Shown here one piece after another: positions 63,111-64,000 of a DNA stretch of 64,000 bases. The stretch's first letter is position 1. Every line of letters starts with the position of its first letter. Source of the stretch: an uncultured Lentisphaerota bacterium. GTDB lineage: Bacteria; Verrucomicrobiota; Lentisphaeria; Victivallales; UBA1829. The stretch lies in the NCBI GenBank assembly GCA_900320095.1, contig ONQZ01000001.1:19174-83173 (forward strand). The letters are read 5' to 3'. Both the position numbers and the translations under genes were made by a program. Under the pieces are notes generated by a model. The model saw nothing but the letters and a program-made list of their open reading frames with translations. It was not told the DNA's origin and made no database searches.

Positions 63111-64000
63111 TTACTGATGTTCGAGCTTGATCGTTTCGGTCTTGGCATCGCAAACGACGGACGGGCCGAAATACTGGATCGGGCCGGGATAGACGAACGA
63201 GGTGTTGACAGCCCAGTCGTCGCGGTTGGCGGCGAAGAACTTGAACGGGGCGTCGTCGAGCTCGACGAGCGCCTTCTTGATGACCGGCTTGTCCGCGCCA
63301 TGGCGGTGTTCGACGTTCATCATGGCGGTCAGCGGCACCGCGCCCGCGGTCCACTCGTCGGCGGATTTCGCGAGGTTGCCGACGTAGGACATGTAGGCGG
63401 TAGCGCCGGAGCCGATGATGGCGGCGGCGTTGAAGCCGAGGCTGTAGCAGTAGTCGGCGTCGAAGTTGGACGGAGCGGCGCAACGGCCTTCGTAGCCGAA
63501 GAAGTGGGTCTGGCTGGAGAACTTGCCGACGTACTTGCCTTCTTTCTTCATGGCGGCGAGGCGCTGCTTCACGAGCTGCGCGAGGAGCTTTTCGGTCTCG
63601 ATGAGGGACACCTGCACGTTGCCGTGCGGGTCGCGGTCCATGGAGAGCTGGAGCTGGATGGCGGTCGGGAGCTGGGCATAGACGGACGCGCTGGCGGCGG
63701 AGAGCTTGCCGGAGATGTACGCGATTTTGTCTTCGGGCTTCGCGATGGCGTTGAATTCGTCGGCGTTCGCGGCGAGCACGTCGTTGAGTTCGCCGATCAG
63801 GACCTTCATCTCGGGGATGAACTCGATGAGCCCTTCCGGCACCAGCACGACGCCGAAGTTCTCCTTGTTTTCCGCGCGCTTCGCGACGATCTTCGCGAGG
63901 TCGTCGACGATGCCGGAGAGGGTCTGCTTCTTCGCGGCGACTTCCTCGGAGATGATCGCGGCGTTCACGTGGGTCTTCAGGGCGCATTCGAGCGTGATGT
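63111..64000 (-). CDS. pfp: pyrophosphate-dependent phosphofructokinase (PPi-PFK), N-terminus outside window
   Basis: The frame stays open to nt 64000 (..ITLECALKTH VNAAII). The listed Met at 63968 is an internal GTG. FFGYEGRCAAPSNFDADYCYSLG and KPVIKKALVELDDAPFKFF...YPGPIQYFGP match long-type PFP. Confidence 0.88.
   Translation of the reverse strand, partial: ITLECALKTHVNAAIISEEVAAKKQTLSGIVDDLAKIVAKRAENKENFGVVLVPEGLIEFIPEMKVLIGELNDVLAANADEFNAIAKPEDKIAYISGKLSAASASVYAQLPTAIQLQLSMDRDPHGNVQVSLIETEKLLAQLVKQRLAAMKKEGKYVGKFSSQTHFFGYEGRCAAPSNFDADYCYSLGFNAAAIIGSGATAYMSYVGNLAKSADEWTAGAVPLTAMMNVEHRHGADKPVIKKALVELDDAPFKFFAANRDDWAVNTSFVYPGPIQYFGPSVVCDAKTETIKLEHQ

Overview
High-GC, gene-dense bacterial chromosomal segment. 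Hand counts give about 67% GC in a core line against about 42-43% in two accessory patches. The source is probably a PVC-superphylum organism, inferred only from a DUF1559 / H-X9-DG prepilin-type protein.

Backbone genes:
- gyrB-recA heads a translationally coupled TPR-exbB-exbD chain.
- A NuoE/NuoF/GltD-like (Stn/Bfu-type) flavin oxidoreductase operon.
- An [FeFe]-hydrogenase-like operon.
- ftsK and rodZ-like.
- Purine genes: a purF-like gene, an AICARFT-only purH, and a purS-purS-purL fusion.
- recX, mtaB, proA, asnB, recD2, tmk-holB-trmO-ispH, icd, dapB, gatCA, tadA and a PPi-PFK.

Accessory content:
- A tripartite hipB-hipS-hipT toxin-antitoxin module at 10.1-11.7 kb, with repeated operator-like palindromes.
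- A 30.0-35.7 kb patch. It holds a low-GC YhcG/DUF1016 PD-(D/E)XK nuclease translationally coupled to two paralogous membrane proteins, a secreted serpin, two tandem small membrane-protein paralogues and a Phd/VapC pair.

The least explained structure is a 1.07 kb gene-free gap at 17.0-18.1 kb. It contains three copies of a directional composite repeat built on an AT-rich 15-16 bp hairpin, plus a 27-bp tandem repeat of about 3.7 copies. A fourth hairpin copy at 9.96-10.02 kb carries a compensatory stem change.

No rRNA, tRNA, CRISPR array, transposase or integrase was seen. Many long ORFs in the track are antisense or out-of-frame shadows of real genes and were discarded. All family calls rest on motif recognition by eye, not on database searches.
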